Positions 37,581 through 46,445 of a stretch of 64,000 nucleotides of DNA are shown here, one piece after another. Under the pieces are notes generated by a model. That model worked only from the letters and a program-made list of their open reading frames with translations. It searched no databases and was not told the origin of the DNA. Source of the stretch: an uncultured Ignavibacteria bacterium (GTDB lineage Bacteria; Zixibacteria; MSB-5A5; JAABVY01); contig CAZBZV010000008.1 in NCBI GenBank assembly GCA_964496505.1, positions 14,328 to 78,327 on the forward strand, read 5' to 3'. Every line of letters begins with the position of its first letter. The first letter of the stretch is position 1. The translations under genes and the position numbers were made by a program.

Positions 37581-37955
37581 CTATTTCACGTCGGGATCCA
37601 ATTGTATAATACCGAAGATATTGCCTTCGGTATCCTTGCAGTAAGCCATCCAGCCCACCTTGGGGACAGCCATCTTGGGCATAACAATTTCTCCGCCGTG
37701 CTTTTTGATCTTCTCCGAGAATTCATCGACATCCGGCACATCAAGTGTATTCGTAGTCGACGGAAACTGCTGGGTGTCCGAGCGCCTGCTCATACCGCCG
37801 TCAATGCCGGGCTGTTCCTTTTCCCCGGTCATCAAAAGCCAGTAATCCTCAGGACCATCCCATTTCTCGATTTTCCATCCAAAAACATCGCGATAAAATT
37901 CAGCCGCCCTCTCGGGATCATCGGCCTGCAGCTCAAAATGAATCGGTCTGGGCAT
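37581..37955 (-). CDS. VOC/glyoxalase-family protein
   Basis: 124 aa. PIHFELQADDPERAAEFYRDVFGWK...GGMS...AYCKDTEGNIFGI is the paired beta-alpha-beta-beta-beta glyoxalase/bleomycin-resistance pattern. Confidence 0.8.
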   Translation of the reverse strand: MPRPIHFELQADDPERAAEFYRDVFGWKIEKWDGPEDYWLLMTGEKEQPGIDGGMSRRSDTQQFPSTTNTLDVPDVDEFSEKIKKHGGEIVMPKMAVPKVGWMAYCKDTEGNIFGIIQLDPDVK

Positions 37956-38148
37956 AATGCTCTCCTTCCTGTCGGTTATATATCATAGACTATTTTGGTA
38001 CATAAAATATATCCGGCAGAAGCCGCCTGAAAATCATATTTGGAATAAAATGATATTAATATGCGCACACGGGATTGATTGACGACAACGTCCTGTTGTT
38101 TACAAATATAATAACGATATGAGATTGATTTAGTTTATATTCAATCCG

Positions 38149-38184
38149 AAAAAAGAGCCAAAATACAAATGATTTCGGCTCTTT
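38149..38184 (-). terminator. rho-independent terminator after the DsrE-like gene
   Basis: AGAGCC ... GGCTCT stem. The minus strand reads the hairpin followed by TTTTTT. Confidence 0.55.
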
Positions 38185-38214
38185 AGGGCAATTAAGTGCG
38201 GGTTATAATTTTGT

Positions 38215-38673
38215 TCAATAATCCAGTGTGAGAATGCGCCCGTCGGTGAAATTGAAAAATTTCTCCCTTTCGGCGACAGTCACACCCGGCATAAGATCGT
38301 CGCCTGTTTTACCGATGGCCTTAAGACATCCCGGACAGGCCATCATAGTTACGCCCAGATCGGCCAGCTTTTTGATCTGTGTATGGGATGACGGGAAGTG
38401 GCTGAATGTCAGATCCTCGGAATCCTTAAGCACGACCTGCGCGCCGTCAATGTCGAAATATACCAAAACGTCCTGGGTCTCGACCATCATAACAGCCATC
38501 TGCAAAGCCATCAGGACCTCGTGGGGATTGTCGGGACCATTGGTGATGTGAATGAAAACCCCGTCAGTCAATGGCTCTACCGGCTCTTCGACAACCGTAT
38601 TCTCGGCAGAGGGCTGACATGCAACGATAAACGCCAGCGCGAGAAGAATTAATAATGAACTGGATAATTTCAT
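38215..38673 (-). CDS. DsrE/DsrF-like family lipoprotein
   Basis: I chose the start at MKLSSSLLILLALAFIVAC (lipobox), preceded by AAAGGAGGG. VFIHITNGPDNPHEVLMALQMA...VYFDIDG...MACPGCL resembles DsrE-fold proteins. Confidence 0.6.
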   Translation of the reverse strand: MKLSSSLLILLALAFIVACQPSAENTVVEEPVEPLTDGVFIHITNGPDNPHEVLMALQMAVMMVETQDVLVYFDIDGAQVVLKDSEDLTFSHFPSSHTQIKKLADLGVTMMACPGCLKAIGKTGDDLMPGVTVAEREKFFNFTDGRILTLDY

Positions 38674-39094
38674 TTTCCCTCCTTTAGATTTTATAAAAAT
38701 AGACAGGTATATATTAAATCCGTTTTTACATTTTATCAATAGAATTTAAGTGTTTTACTTAGAACTTCTCTTCCGACCTCCTTAGGGGAAAATTTGCTGA
38801 AATTCCAGCCATGGATCAACTGCAGAAGGCCTCTCATATTCCGATTCCCATAATGTAAGCTCGGGGCTATTGGCGGAAACAAAGATCATAAAAACAGATT
38901 TTGGGGCGGCTTTACTCGCAGATTTTTCTGCTCAGAAAAAGTACAGATTGAAGAGAGCTTGATCAGTGTTTCTCGGATCAAGTCGAATCGGGGCTCGACT
39001 ATTCTCGTAAGTCCTTGTCTCGCAATACAAATATTATTCGAAATAGACCCCGTGTTTGGCATGAAAATTTATCTACTAAAGTTGAGGAAATAAT

Positions 39095-42000
39095 ATGTGG
39101 GTAACGAATGTAAATAACATCATTGGGGGTCAGAAGACCATGTCTAACAGCATCAATTCATACCGCAGGGGATTACCACAGGAGTATGGCCCGCAAAGAA
39201 CGATTTATAGAATTATTCTTTGTCTGGTTTTGGCAATTGCGATATTGATTCCTGCCCGTCTGGGGGCAGAATATAAAACCGAGTTCGCCGATACGGTTGT
39301 TCTCAGTTCCGTAGATCTACCCTATAATGTCCCCCAGAGCAATCTGCTGATTTTGACCAACGGCAACCTATACACCGGCGGAACCGCTATCAATGTCGGC
39401 GACCGTAACGATATCATGATCGACGGCGGCGGTGACACGATTTTCTTTGGAAGCGGGGAAGGCGATTTCGTGCACGGCGTAAGGATGTCCTACAGCCCGG
39501 AACGGATTCAGATAAAAAATATAACGCTTATTCATGATGTACCCGATGCCACTCTGGCTGAGGACTGCTCACCGATTCATCTTTACGGCGATGACAGTGT
39601 CTGGGTCAAAAATGTAAATATGGTTTCCCGTGGGGTGGAGGGAAACTGTATCGATGCTACTACCAAATATGGAAACGGTATTTCGAACATATGGGTGGAG
39701 GACTGCGAATGCGATAACCGCGCTCACAGCTACTACAGCCGTAACGCCGATCCGGCGGCGGCATTCAGAGTATGTGCTGATATTTCCACACTTGGTCCCG
39801 GAGAGTATACCGGCAAATTCGAGAATGTCACGGTTACCAGAACGCCTCATTCAGCAATCTACGCGGTCGGCGGCAGCGATAATCGTCCGGTAATGATAAT
39901 TCACGACTGCAGCCTGACAGTTGATGCGCACAACGATATGTATGACACTACCAATGCAACCGTTTTTCATTCTTCCGGCGATCCGTTTGCAATAAGCGTA
40001 TTCAGGCTCGGCGCCGGATCTCAGATATATAACAATGTCATCCGCTCGGGAAATCAGTATGAGGGAGGACAGGGCATGATGATTCAGGGTGCGCAGGGCA
40101 CGGCTTCTAATCCTGTTGAAATATATAATAATGATGTGCAGGTTCATTGCGGCCCAACTCAATCTGACCTGCGTTACGGCGGGGATGGCAAGTCGATTGG
40201 TTTTTATCTTCGCTGGCCCGAGGGCGATTCCAAAATGTCGAACTGCTATGTGAAGATCAGGGATAATATTTTCAAGACCTATGCCGACGCCCTGACCGAT
40301 CTGGATAACGGCGGCACTGCACATACCGGGGGCTCTGCGCAGGGCATCCGTATCCATGCCGACAGCGGATTTCATAACTGTGAGCTCGTCAATAACCGTG
40401 TTTTCGCTTTGAGGTCGGATTCGCTGGTTGATACGGGTTATGTGGAAACGGTTGCGGCTATGATCGCCAAAGTCGATACGAATCGAACCGACAGCTATGG
40501 GCTGACTCACATGCAGGATGTTCACGATAACGTATTCAAAGGAAATTATTATTATGCGCTGACTTCACCGCTGTATATCGGCAGTGTTGCGCAGCATCTG
40601 CTGGGCGGCGGAAATCTGATTCTGTATGCTGACACCTTGCACTGCCCCGAACCGGCAGGCGGAAATACATCGGTGGAATTTCCACAGTACGGCACATTCA
40701 GGTACAGCTCCACCGGAAGCAGGCTTATCGACTATACATATCTCGGCTATTCTAATGATGATGATATAAAGTGGGGTAATATCAATACCGACTGCAACGG
40801 CCTCGGCAAAGACCTGCGCTACGACAGAATCGCCACGATCAAAGTTAAAGACGATCAGGGAAATGATTTGAGCGGAGCAGCGGTAACAATAGTAAACAAC
40901 TATGGACAACTGGTTGCATCGGGAAGCACTGACGCATTCGGCGAGTTCACAGATACGGTCACATACAAGGCCAGGCATTACAACAGTCCTTATGATGACG
41001 GTTCATGCTACTGGGAGGATTCGCTTCTTTTCAATGATTTCACGATCAAGGCCAAGTACGGCGGGGACAGCAGTATCACGACCCTCGCAATCAATGCCGA
41101 GACGGCATTTCCATTTAATATGTCGCTTAACGGGGGCAATCCGGCCAATAATCCGCCCTCAACTCCGTTACTGGCCAGCCCTTCAAACGGGGCAACTCTT
41201 GATGATTTAACACCGGTATTGACAGCTAACAATTCATCCGATTCCGACGGCGATGCATTGACATACAGTTTCCAGGTGTCATCAAATTCGAGCTTCACAG
41301 CTATCGTTGCACAGACAAGCGGTCTTACCGAAGGCGGAGGTTCAACTACGTCATGGACAGTCTCGCCGAATCTTTCCAATGGCAATAGCTATTACTGGAG
41401 AGTGAGGACTTATGACGGTGAGAGTTATTCGGGATGGTCGTCGTCAAGAATATTCAGCGTCAATCTTCCGAACAATGTACCCTCCTCACCTGTGCTTGCA
41501 AGTCCGGCTGACGATGCGACCGTGACAAGTCTAACTCCGGAACTGGTTGCCAATAACAGCAGCGATGCTGACGGAGATGAACTGGTTTACGATTTCCGTG
41601 TATCGGCCAATGCCAGCTTCACGAATATAGTGGCTCAGGTATCGGGCCTGTCCGAGGGGGGCGGTTCAACGACATCATGGACAATAACGCCTGAACTTTC
41701 AGACGGCACGACCTACTACTGGAGAGGACGTGCCTACGATGGTCACGATTATTCCGGGTGGTCGTCAGCCAGATCCTTTACCATCAACCTGCCCGACAAT
41801 CCGCCTTCAACACCGGTGCTTGCCGATCCATCTGACGGCGCAGTGCTAACATCAACTGCACCCGTTTTGACAACGGGCAATTCCACCGATCCGGATGGTG
41901 ACGGTTTAACATATAGTTTTCAGGTGGCATTGAACTCGGATTTCTCATCTATTGAGGCACAGGTAAGTAACCTTTCGGAGGGCTTGGGCGACAATACTTC

Positions 42001-44305
42001 CTGGACAGTTTCTCCAGAGCTGTCGGATGGAAACGCTTACCACTGGCGAGTGAGGGCTTATGATGGAAACAACTACTCAGATTGGTCGGATTCCAGGTCA
42101 TTTTCTATCGAAATTCCCAATAACAGTCCCAGCGTCCCGGTTTTGGCCTCGCCCGATGACAGCGCTTCGGTGGAAATCCTGAGGCCAGTTTTGACACTTA
42201 ATAATTCAAATGATCCCGAGGGAGATGATCTGGTATACGACATCCAGATCTCAACCTCGCAGACATTTATCATACCTCTGGCAGCGGAGTATGGTATAAC
42301 TGAGGGCTCAGGAGAAACAACCTCGTGGACTGTTCCCAGCGATCTTTCCGACGGCATCCGCTATTTCTGGAGAGCGCGTGCATACGATGGCGACTCTTAC
42401 TCGGGCTGGTCGGCAGTCTGGACGTTCGTAGTTGAATTGCCCAATAACGCTCCCACAACACCGGTTCTGGCAACGCCTGCCAACGGCAGCAGCGTTAACA
42501 CCCCCACCCCGGTACTGGTGAGTAATAATTCCGCCGATGTCGACGGTGATGATTTGACATACGATTTCCAGGTATCGTCAAATTCCACTTTCAGTTCAAT
42601 TTCGGCCGAGGTAACGGGCCTGTCCCAGGGCTCCGAATCGACAACCGGATGGACCGTGGACACCGATCTTACGGACGGCAACACATATTTCTGGCGTGTT
42701 CGGGCATCGGACGGAGAGGCTTATTCGGGTTGGTCACAGGTAAGATCATTCACAATCGACCTGCCCAATAATGCACCCACAGCGCCCATTCTGGCAAGCC
42801 CGGGTAATGGCGAGACGGTAACGAGTCTATCGCCTGAGTTGACTGTCAATAATTCATCCGATGATGACAATGATGCTCTTACATATCATTTCCAGGTTTC
42901 GAGTAATTCGAGCTTTACGGCTATAGTCGCCCAGCAGTCCGGATTAGCAGAGGGCTCCGGAGAGACCACATCCTGGACGGTAAACAGTTCTCTGAGTAAC
43001 CAGACGAATTTCTGGTGGCGGGTACGTGCCTATGATGGCGAAGATTATTCAGCATATTCGCAGACTTCGGTATTCTATGTAGACTATACCGAGCCGAATG
43101 ATCCGCCTGAACCTCCGGAATCGGATCAGCCGCCAGCGGGCGATTCGGTTGATAGTCCCAATCCGATACTTGTTGTAGCAAATTCGGTCGATCCTGATGG
43201 CGACGATTTGTCTTACCATTTCGAGGTCTGGAACGATCAGCAGTCAGAGCTGATAAAGGCTTCGCCGCCGGTCCCCGAAGAATCGGGTTCCACGACTTCA
43301 TGGGAAGTCGATACCGCACTCGAGGACGGACAGCAGTATCACTGGCGTGCACGTTCATTCGACGGCAGCGAATATGCCGATTGGACATCATGGTCAAATT
43401 TCTATGTCGAAATGTCGCCGCCTAATGGACCGCCAACCACACCCACAATCGTTTTGCCAAACGATGGCGATACGCTTATCGGATCGACACATACACTGGT
43501 AATCGGCAACAGCAACGATCCGGATGGAGATGAGATTACCTATGAATTTCTGATCTGCTCTGACAGCGGCATGTCGCAGACGGTTGAACATGTAGTGAAC
43601 GTCGTTGAAGGCACTACAAACACAACTTTCATTACCTCGGCTACTCTGGAACAGGGAAACACATACTGCTGGCACGCACGTGCATGCGACGGACAGGATT
43701 CATCGGCATGGTCGGAGACTCGCTCCTTCGTGCACCTCGATTTCACAGCCAGCGCTGAGGATATTCCTACTCCCGAGTATCCGCTGGAGGGCGAGGTGGT
43801 ACATAATCTGAGACCGACATTCAGGATTCAAACTGATGAGAGCGATGTGGGTGTCAATTTCTATTTCGAGGTATCCGATAATCCGGAATTCGCAAATCCG
43901 ATATCTTCGGGGCCGGTAGAGGGTGAACGAAATAAAACGTCCTGGCGGCCGGATCAGAATTTGGTACCGAATTTTACATATTACTGGAGAGCAAAAGCAG
44001 AGAAATCGGGATGGTGCGAGGTAACCTCATTTTCAACAAAGGGGAATGTTCATGTCTCGCCTAATCCATTCCGCCCCGACAAGGACGGTGAGGAGGTTGT
44101 ATTCAGAAATCTGCCGCAAACATCTAATATCACGATAACAACAATCAGCGGAGATATTGTATACCGTATGCAGGAGGCAGAGGGGCCGGAGATCATTTGG
44201 AACGGCAGAAATTATAATAATGAGCCGGTGGCAAGCGGAGTATATCTGTACTTCGTAAGCAGTCCGGACAGTTCCGAATCGGGTAAAATTGCTGTGATTA
44301 GATAA
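39095..44305 (+). CDS. giant secreted surface protein: right-handed beta-helix, CarboxypepD_reg-like domain, 9 Fn3/Ig-like repeats and a T9SS-type C-terminal sorting domain
   Basis: 1736-aa ORF with an N-terminal hydrophobic anchor/signal (IILCLVLAIAILIPARLGA). The beta-helix region has repeated NN-x-I/V turns. IKVKDDQGNDLSGAAVTIVNNYGQLVASGSTDAFGEF is the CarboxypepD_reg-like part. The C-terminus reads VSPNPFRP...ITITTISGDIVY...ASGVYLYFV...KIAVIR. An alternative start at Met16 is possible. Confidence 0.8.
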   Translation: MWVTNVNNIIGGQKTMSNSINSYRRGLPQEYGPQRTIYRIILCLVLAIAILIPARLGAEYKTEFADTVVLSSVDLPYNVPQSNLLILTNGNLYTGGTAINVGDRNDIMIDGGGDTIFFGSGEGDFVHGVRMSYSPERIQIKNITLIHDVPDATLAEDCSPIHLYGDDSVWVKNVNMVSRGVEGNCIDATTKYGNGISNIWVEDCECDNRAHSYYSRNADPAAAFRVCADISTLGPGEYTGKFENVTVTRTPHSAIYAVGGSDNRPVMIIHDCSLTVDAHNDMYDTTNATVFHSSGDPFAISVFRLGAGSQIYNNVIRSGNQYEGGQGMMIQGAQGTASNPVEIYNNDVQVHCGPTQSDLRYGGDGKSIGFYLRWPEGDSKMSNCYVKIRDNIFKTYADALTDLDNGGTAHTGGSAQGIRIHADSGFHNCELVNNRVFALRSDSLVDTGYVETVAAMIAKVDTNRTDSYGLTHMQDVHDNVFKGNYYYALTSPLYIGSVAQHLLGGGNLILYADTLHCPEPAGGNTSVEFPQYGTFRYSSTGSRLIDYTYLGYSNDDDIKWGNINTDCNGLGKDLRYDRIATIKVKDDQGNDLSGAAVTIVNNYGQLVASGSTDAFGEFTDTVTYKARHYNSPYDDGSCYWEDSLLFNDFTIKAKYGGDSSITTLAINAETAFPFNMSLNGGNPANNPPSTPLLASPSNGATLDDLTPVLTANNSSDSDGDALTYSFQVSSNSSFTAIVAQTSGLTEGGGSTTSWTVSPNLSNGNSYYWRVRTYDGESYSGWSSSRIFSVNLPNNVPSSPVLASPADDATVTSLTPELVANNSSDADGDELVYDFRVSANASFTNIVAQVSGLSEGGGSTTSWTITPELSDGTTYYWRGRAYDGHDYSGWSSARSFTINLPDNPPSTPVLADPSDGAVLTSTAPVLTTGNSTDPDGDGLTYSFQVALNSDFSSIEAQVSNLSEGLGDNTSWTVSPELSDGNAYHWRVRAYDGNNYSDWSDSRSFSIEIPNNSPSVPVLASPDDSASVEILRPVLTLNNSNDPEGDDLVYDIQISTSQTFIIPLAAEYGITEGSGETTSWTVPSDLSDGIRYFWRARAYDGDSYSGWSAVWTFVVELPNNAPTTPVLATPANGSSVNTPTPVLVSNNSADVDGDDLTYDFQVSSNSTFSSISAEVTGLSQGSESTTGWTVDTDLTDGNTYFWRVRASDGEAYSGWSQVRSFTIDLPNNAPTAPILASPGNGETVTSLSPELTVNNSSDDDNDALTYHFQVSSNSSFTAIVAQQSGLAEGSGETTSWTVNSSLSNQTNFWWRVRAYDGEDYSAYSQTSVFYVDYTEPNDPPEPPESDQPPAGDSVDSPNPILVVANSVDPDGDDLSYHFEVWNDQQSELIKASPPVPEESGSTTSWEVDTALEDGQQYHWRARSFDGSEYADWTSWSNFYVEMSPPNGPPTTPTIVLPNDGDTLIGSTHTLVIGNSNDPDGDEITYEFLICSDSGMSQTVEHVVNVVEGTTNTTFITSATLEQGNTYCWHARACDGQDSSAWSETRSFVHLDFTASAEDIPTPEYPLEGEVVHNLRPTFRIQTDESDVGVNFYFEVSDNPEFANPISSGPVEGERNKTSWRPDQNLVPNFTYYWRAKAEKSGWCEVTSFSTKGNVHVSPNPFRPDKDGEEVVFRNLPQTSNITITTISGDIVYRMQEAEGPEIIWNGRNYNNEPVASGVYLYFVSSPDSSESGKIAVIR
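41147..44044 (+). repeat. nine in-frame tandem coding repeats (about 108 aa each) inside the giant gene
   Basis: Unit starts are at 41147, 41471, 41795, 42119, 42443, 42767, 43097, 43424 and 43745. The first five units are exactly 324 nt. Consensus: NNxPSxPVLASPxxGxxVxxLTPxLxxNNSxDxDGDxLTYxFQVSxNSxFxxIxAQxSGLxEGxGxTTSWTVxxxLSDGxxYYWRVRAYDGxxYSGWSxxRSFxIxLP. Confidence 0.9.
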
Positions 44306-44324
44306 TTCGTTTGGGTTGTGCGGA

Positions 44325-44359
44325 AAAGACGTCCGGTTGAAACCGGGCGTCTTTTTTTA
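44325..44359 (+). terminator. rho-independent terminator after the giant gene
   Basis: GACGTCCGGTT-gaa-AACCGGGCGTC (one mismatch) followed by TTTTTTT. Confidence 0.75.
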
Positions 44360-44435
44360 TCTTTTCTGTTTTATTTTTCTTCTATTTTTCTCATATTTAG
44401 GAAAATCTAAATACGCACCATGAGGAGAAACGGAA

Positions 44436-46445
44436 ATGAAGACAATTATGCCAGCCGTATTCGTAATATTGCTAATGATTCCATTTTGCCTGACCGCACA
44501 GAACCTCCCTCCGGGCGAAAACCCTCCACCGGATGTGTTCGACCGTATCGTAAATGCCGGTGAGGCCGGAAAATACGAAAACGCACCTTACGTAATCGTG
44601 ATGGATTCCAGTGTTAACCGTGTCAACGACCTGGGAATATCATATATAGATAATTATATGCTGTTCAAAGCCCTCACTGATGCTGGCTGTAAACAACTTG
44701 CGGTGATTACCAGAGGATATGAACCCTTAAGCAGCATAATCGAATTCCGCGAGATCAATATTATCAGGGACACCCAGAAGATACCGGTTGATCTGGAAAA
44801 TGTGAAAGACCTGCCTGCTCCGCAGTCGGGGATTTACTGGGGTGACAGGATAAAGATAATCCAACTGCCTCGTCTCGAGATCAATGACGGTATTGAAATA
44901 GTAACATTCAGAAAGGGTTATTCCTATGCCCTTTTGGATTCGGACGATATCCCGCCGGAGGATGAAAAGTATATACCGCCTATGCCGGGCGAATATTTTG
45001 ATATAGTCCTTTTCGAGGCCAATATGCCGATTGTGGAAAAAAAGTACGTTCTCAAAATTCCTGCTGAAAAACGGATTCATTCACAGATATATAATGGTCC
45101 CATGTACTCGGCCACGACATATAACCAGGACACAACCACATATAGCTGGTGGATCAAGGATATGCCTGCTCAGAAATCCGAACGATCCACTCCGGATGCC
45201 TCGGATATCACTACCAAAGTCGTGCTCGCCACGGTTGAAAGCTGGGAGGCCAAAAGCAGGTGGTTTTTCGATGTTAATCAGGGACAGTTCGATGTTACCC
45301 CGGCTATCCAGGCCAAGGTTGATGAGATTTTAAAGAGCGAGGGTGTGTTCAACGGCACCGAAGAGGAGAAAGCATTCGCGCTTCTTCACTGGGTAGCACA
45401 GAACATCCGTTACAGCGGCCAGACAATGGGTGAAGGCGAGGGCTTTACCCTGCATTCGGGCGAGATGATTTTCGAGCAGAGAAGCGGTGTCTGCAAGGAT
45501 ATTGCCGGGATGCTGGTTACCATGATGCGGGCGGCCGGGTTGGACTCGTACGCGGCCATGACCATGGCCGGAAGCCGTATCGAACAGGTTCCGGCCGATC
45601 AATTCAACCATTGTGTGGTAGCGCTCAAAAAAGAGGATGGCAGCTTTGTGATGTACGATCCCACCTGGGTGCCGTTTAACAGAACAATTTGGAGCCTTTT
45701 CGAGGCCGAACAGCATTTCCTGGTGGGAACGCCTGAGGGCGAGGGATTGGATAGCATCTACTACAGCCCTCCAGAGGAATCGCCCATGCGGATTACCAAC
45801 AACGCCAGAATTCTCGATGACGGCACGCTTGAGGGAGAAATCAGATTCTCCGCGGGCGGTTCAATGGATTATTATCTGCGGGGATTAATCGGATGGTATC
45901 CCAGATCGGAAATCGAAAGTAATCTAGAAGATATGTTCAGCAAAATCAGCAACAGGATTGAGATTGTCGGCTATGAGCATGGTGATGTACTGGATTTTAA
46001 TCAGGATATGTGGTGGAATATCGAATACCGGATACCCGAATATGCGATGAAGTTCGGAGATGGTATGGAGTTCCAGAGCCCGATGCTTATGCTTGCAACC
46101 AACAACCGCTTTCTTTTCAGAATCGGCGGCGATCCCTGGCCGGAAAAGCGCGAATCGGATTTGTTTTTGTATACCACCCAGCTTCTGGATGCAAGCGAGA
46201 CAATAAGACTGCCGGGCGATTACAAAGTTGTCAATGCAAAAGAGAGTGACAAGGTTGATGAGACTTATGCCTATTATCATTCGAATACAGAAATGGATGG
46301 AAAAGAATTTATAATCAAGACCAGAGGAGAAATAAAGAGGCGGCAGATACCGCCCGAAGGGTATGGCGGATTTTATAAGATGACAAAGCAAGCACACGAT
46401 TTCGCTGAGACAATTTTCCGGGCTGAGAAAGGGGGTGCAAAATGA
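44436..46445 (+). CDS. exported DUF3857-like plus transglutaminase-like cysteine-protease-fold protein (Cys-His-Asp intact)
   Basis: Signal peptide. The transglutaminase core RSGVCKDIAGMLVTMMRAAGL ... FNHCVVAL ... VMYDPTW carries the catalytic C, H and D. Confidence 0.7.
   Translation: MKTIMPAVFVILLMIPFCLTAQNLPPGENPPPDVFDRIVNAGEAGKYENAPYVIVMDSSVNRVNDLGISYIDNYMLFKALTDAGCKQLAVITRGYEPLSSIIEFREINIIRDTQKIPVDLENVKDLPAPQSGIYWGDRIKIIQLPRLEINDGIEIVTFRKGYSYALLDSDDIPPEDEKYIPPMPGEYFDIVLFEANMPIVEKKYVLKIPAEKRIHSQIYNGPMYSATTYNQDTTTYSWWIKDMPAQKSERSTPDASDITTKVVLATVESWEAKSRWFFDVNQGQFDVTPAIQAKVDEILKSEGVFNGTEEEKAFALLHWVAQNIRYSGQTMGEGEGFTLHSGEMIFEQRSGVCKDIAGMLVTMMRAAGLDSYAAMTMAGSRIEQVPADQFNHCVVALKKEDGSFVMYDPTWVPFNRTIWSLFEAEQHFLVGTPEGEGLDSIYYSPPEESPMRITNNARILDDGTLEGEIRFSAGGSMDYYLRGLIGWYPRSEIESNLEDMFSKISNRIEIVGYEHGDVLDFNQDMWWNIEYRIPEYAMKFGDGMEFQSPMLMLATNNRFLFRIGGDPWPEKRESDLFLYTTQLLDASETIRLPGDYKVVNAKESDKVDETYAYYHSNTEMDGKEFIIKTRGEIKRRQIPPEGYGGFYKMTKQAHDFAETIFRAEKGGAK

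Noticed and set aside
38674-39094. Possible c-di-GMP (GEMM) riboswitch in the 420-nt region upstream of the giant adhesin-like gene
   Set aside because: I could not find the conserved GEMM-I/II core segments (ACGCAAAGC-type tetraloop-receptor motifs). Only two short generic hairpins are present. It remains worth an Rfam scan.
39569-44000. Many 60-220-aa antisense or alternate-frame ORFs inside the giant gene, for example 39851-40525(-) and 42921-43397(-), with similar ones inside secA, cstA and the ltaE region
   Set aside because: They are fully embedded in strongly supported genes. Their composition is low-complexity and Arg/Pro/Ser-rich, typical of off-frame translation, and they have no recognisable motifs.
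41147-44044. Regular ~324-nt periodic repeats as a possible CRISPR-like or satellite array
   Set aside because: The period is far too long for CRISPR and there are no short direct repeats with unique spacers. The array is one continuous ORF with a conserved protein consensus, so these are coding domain repeats.
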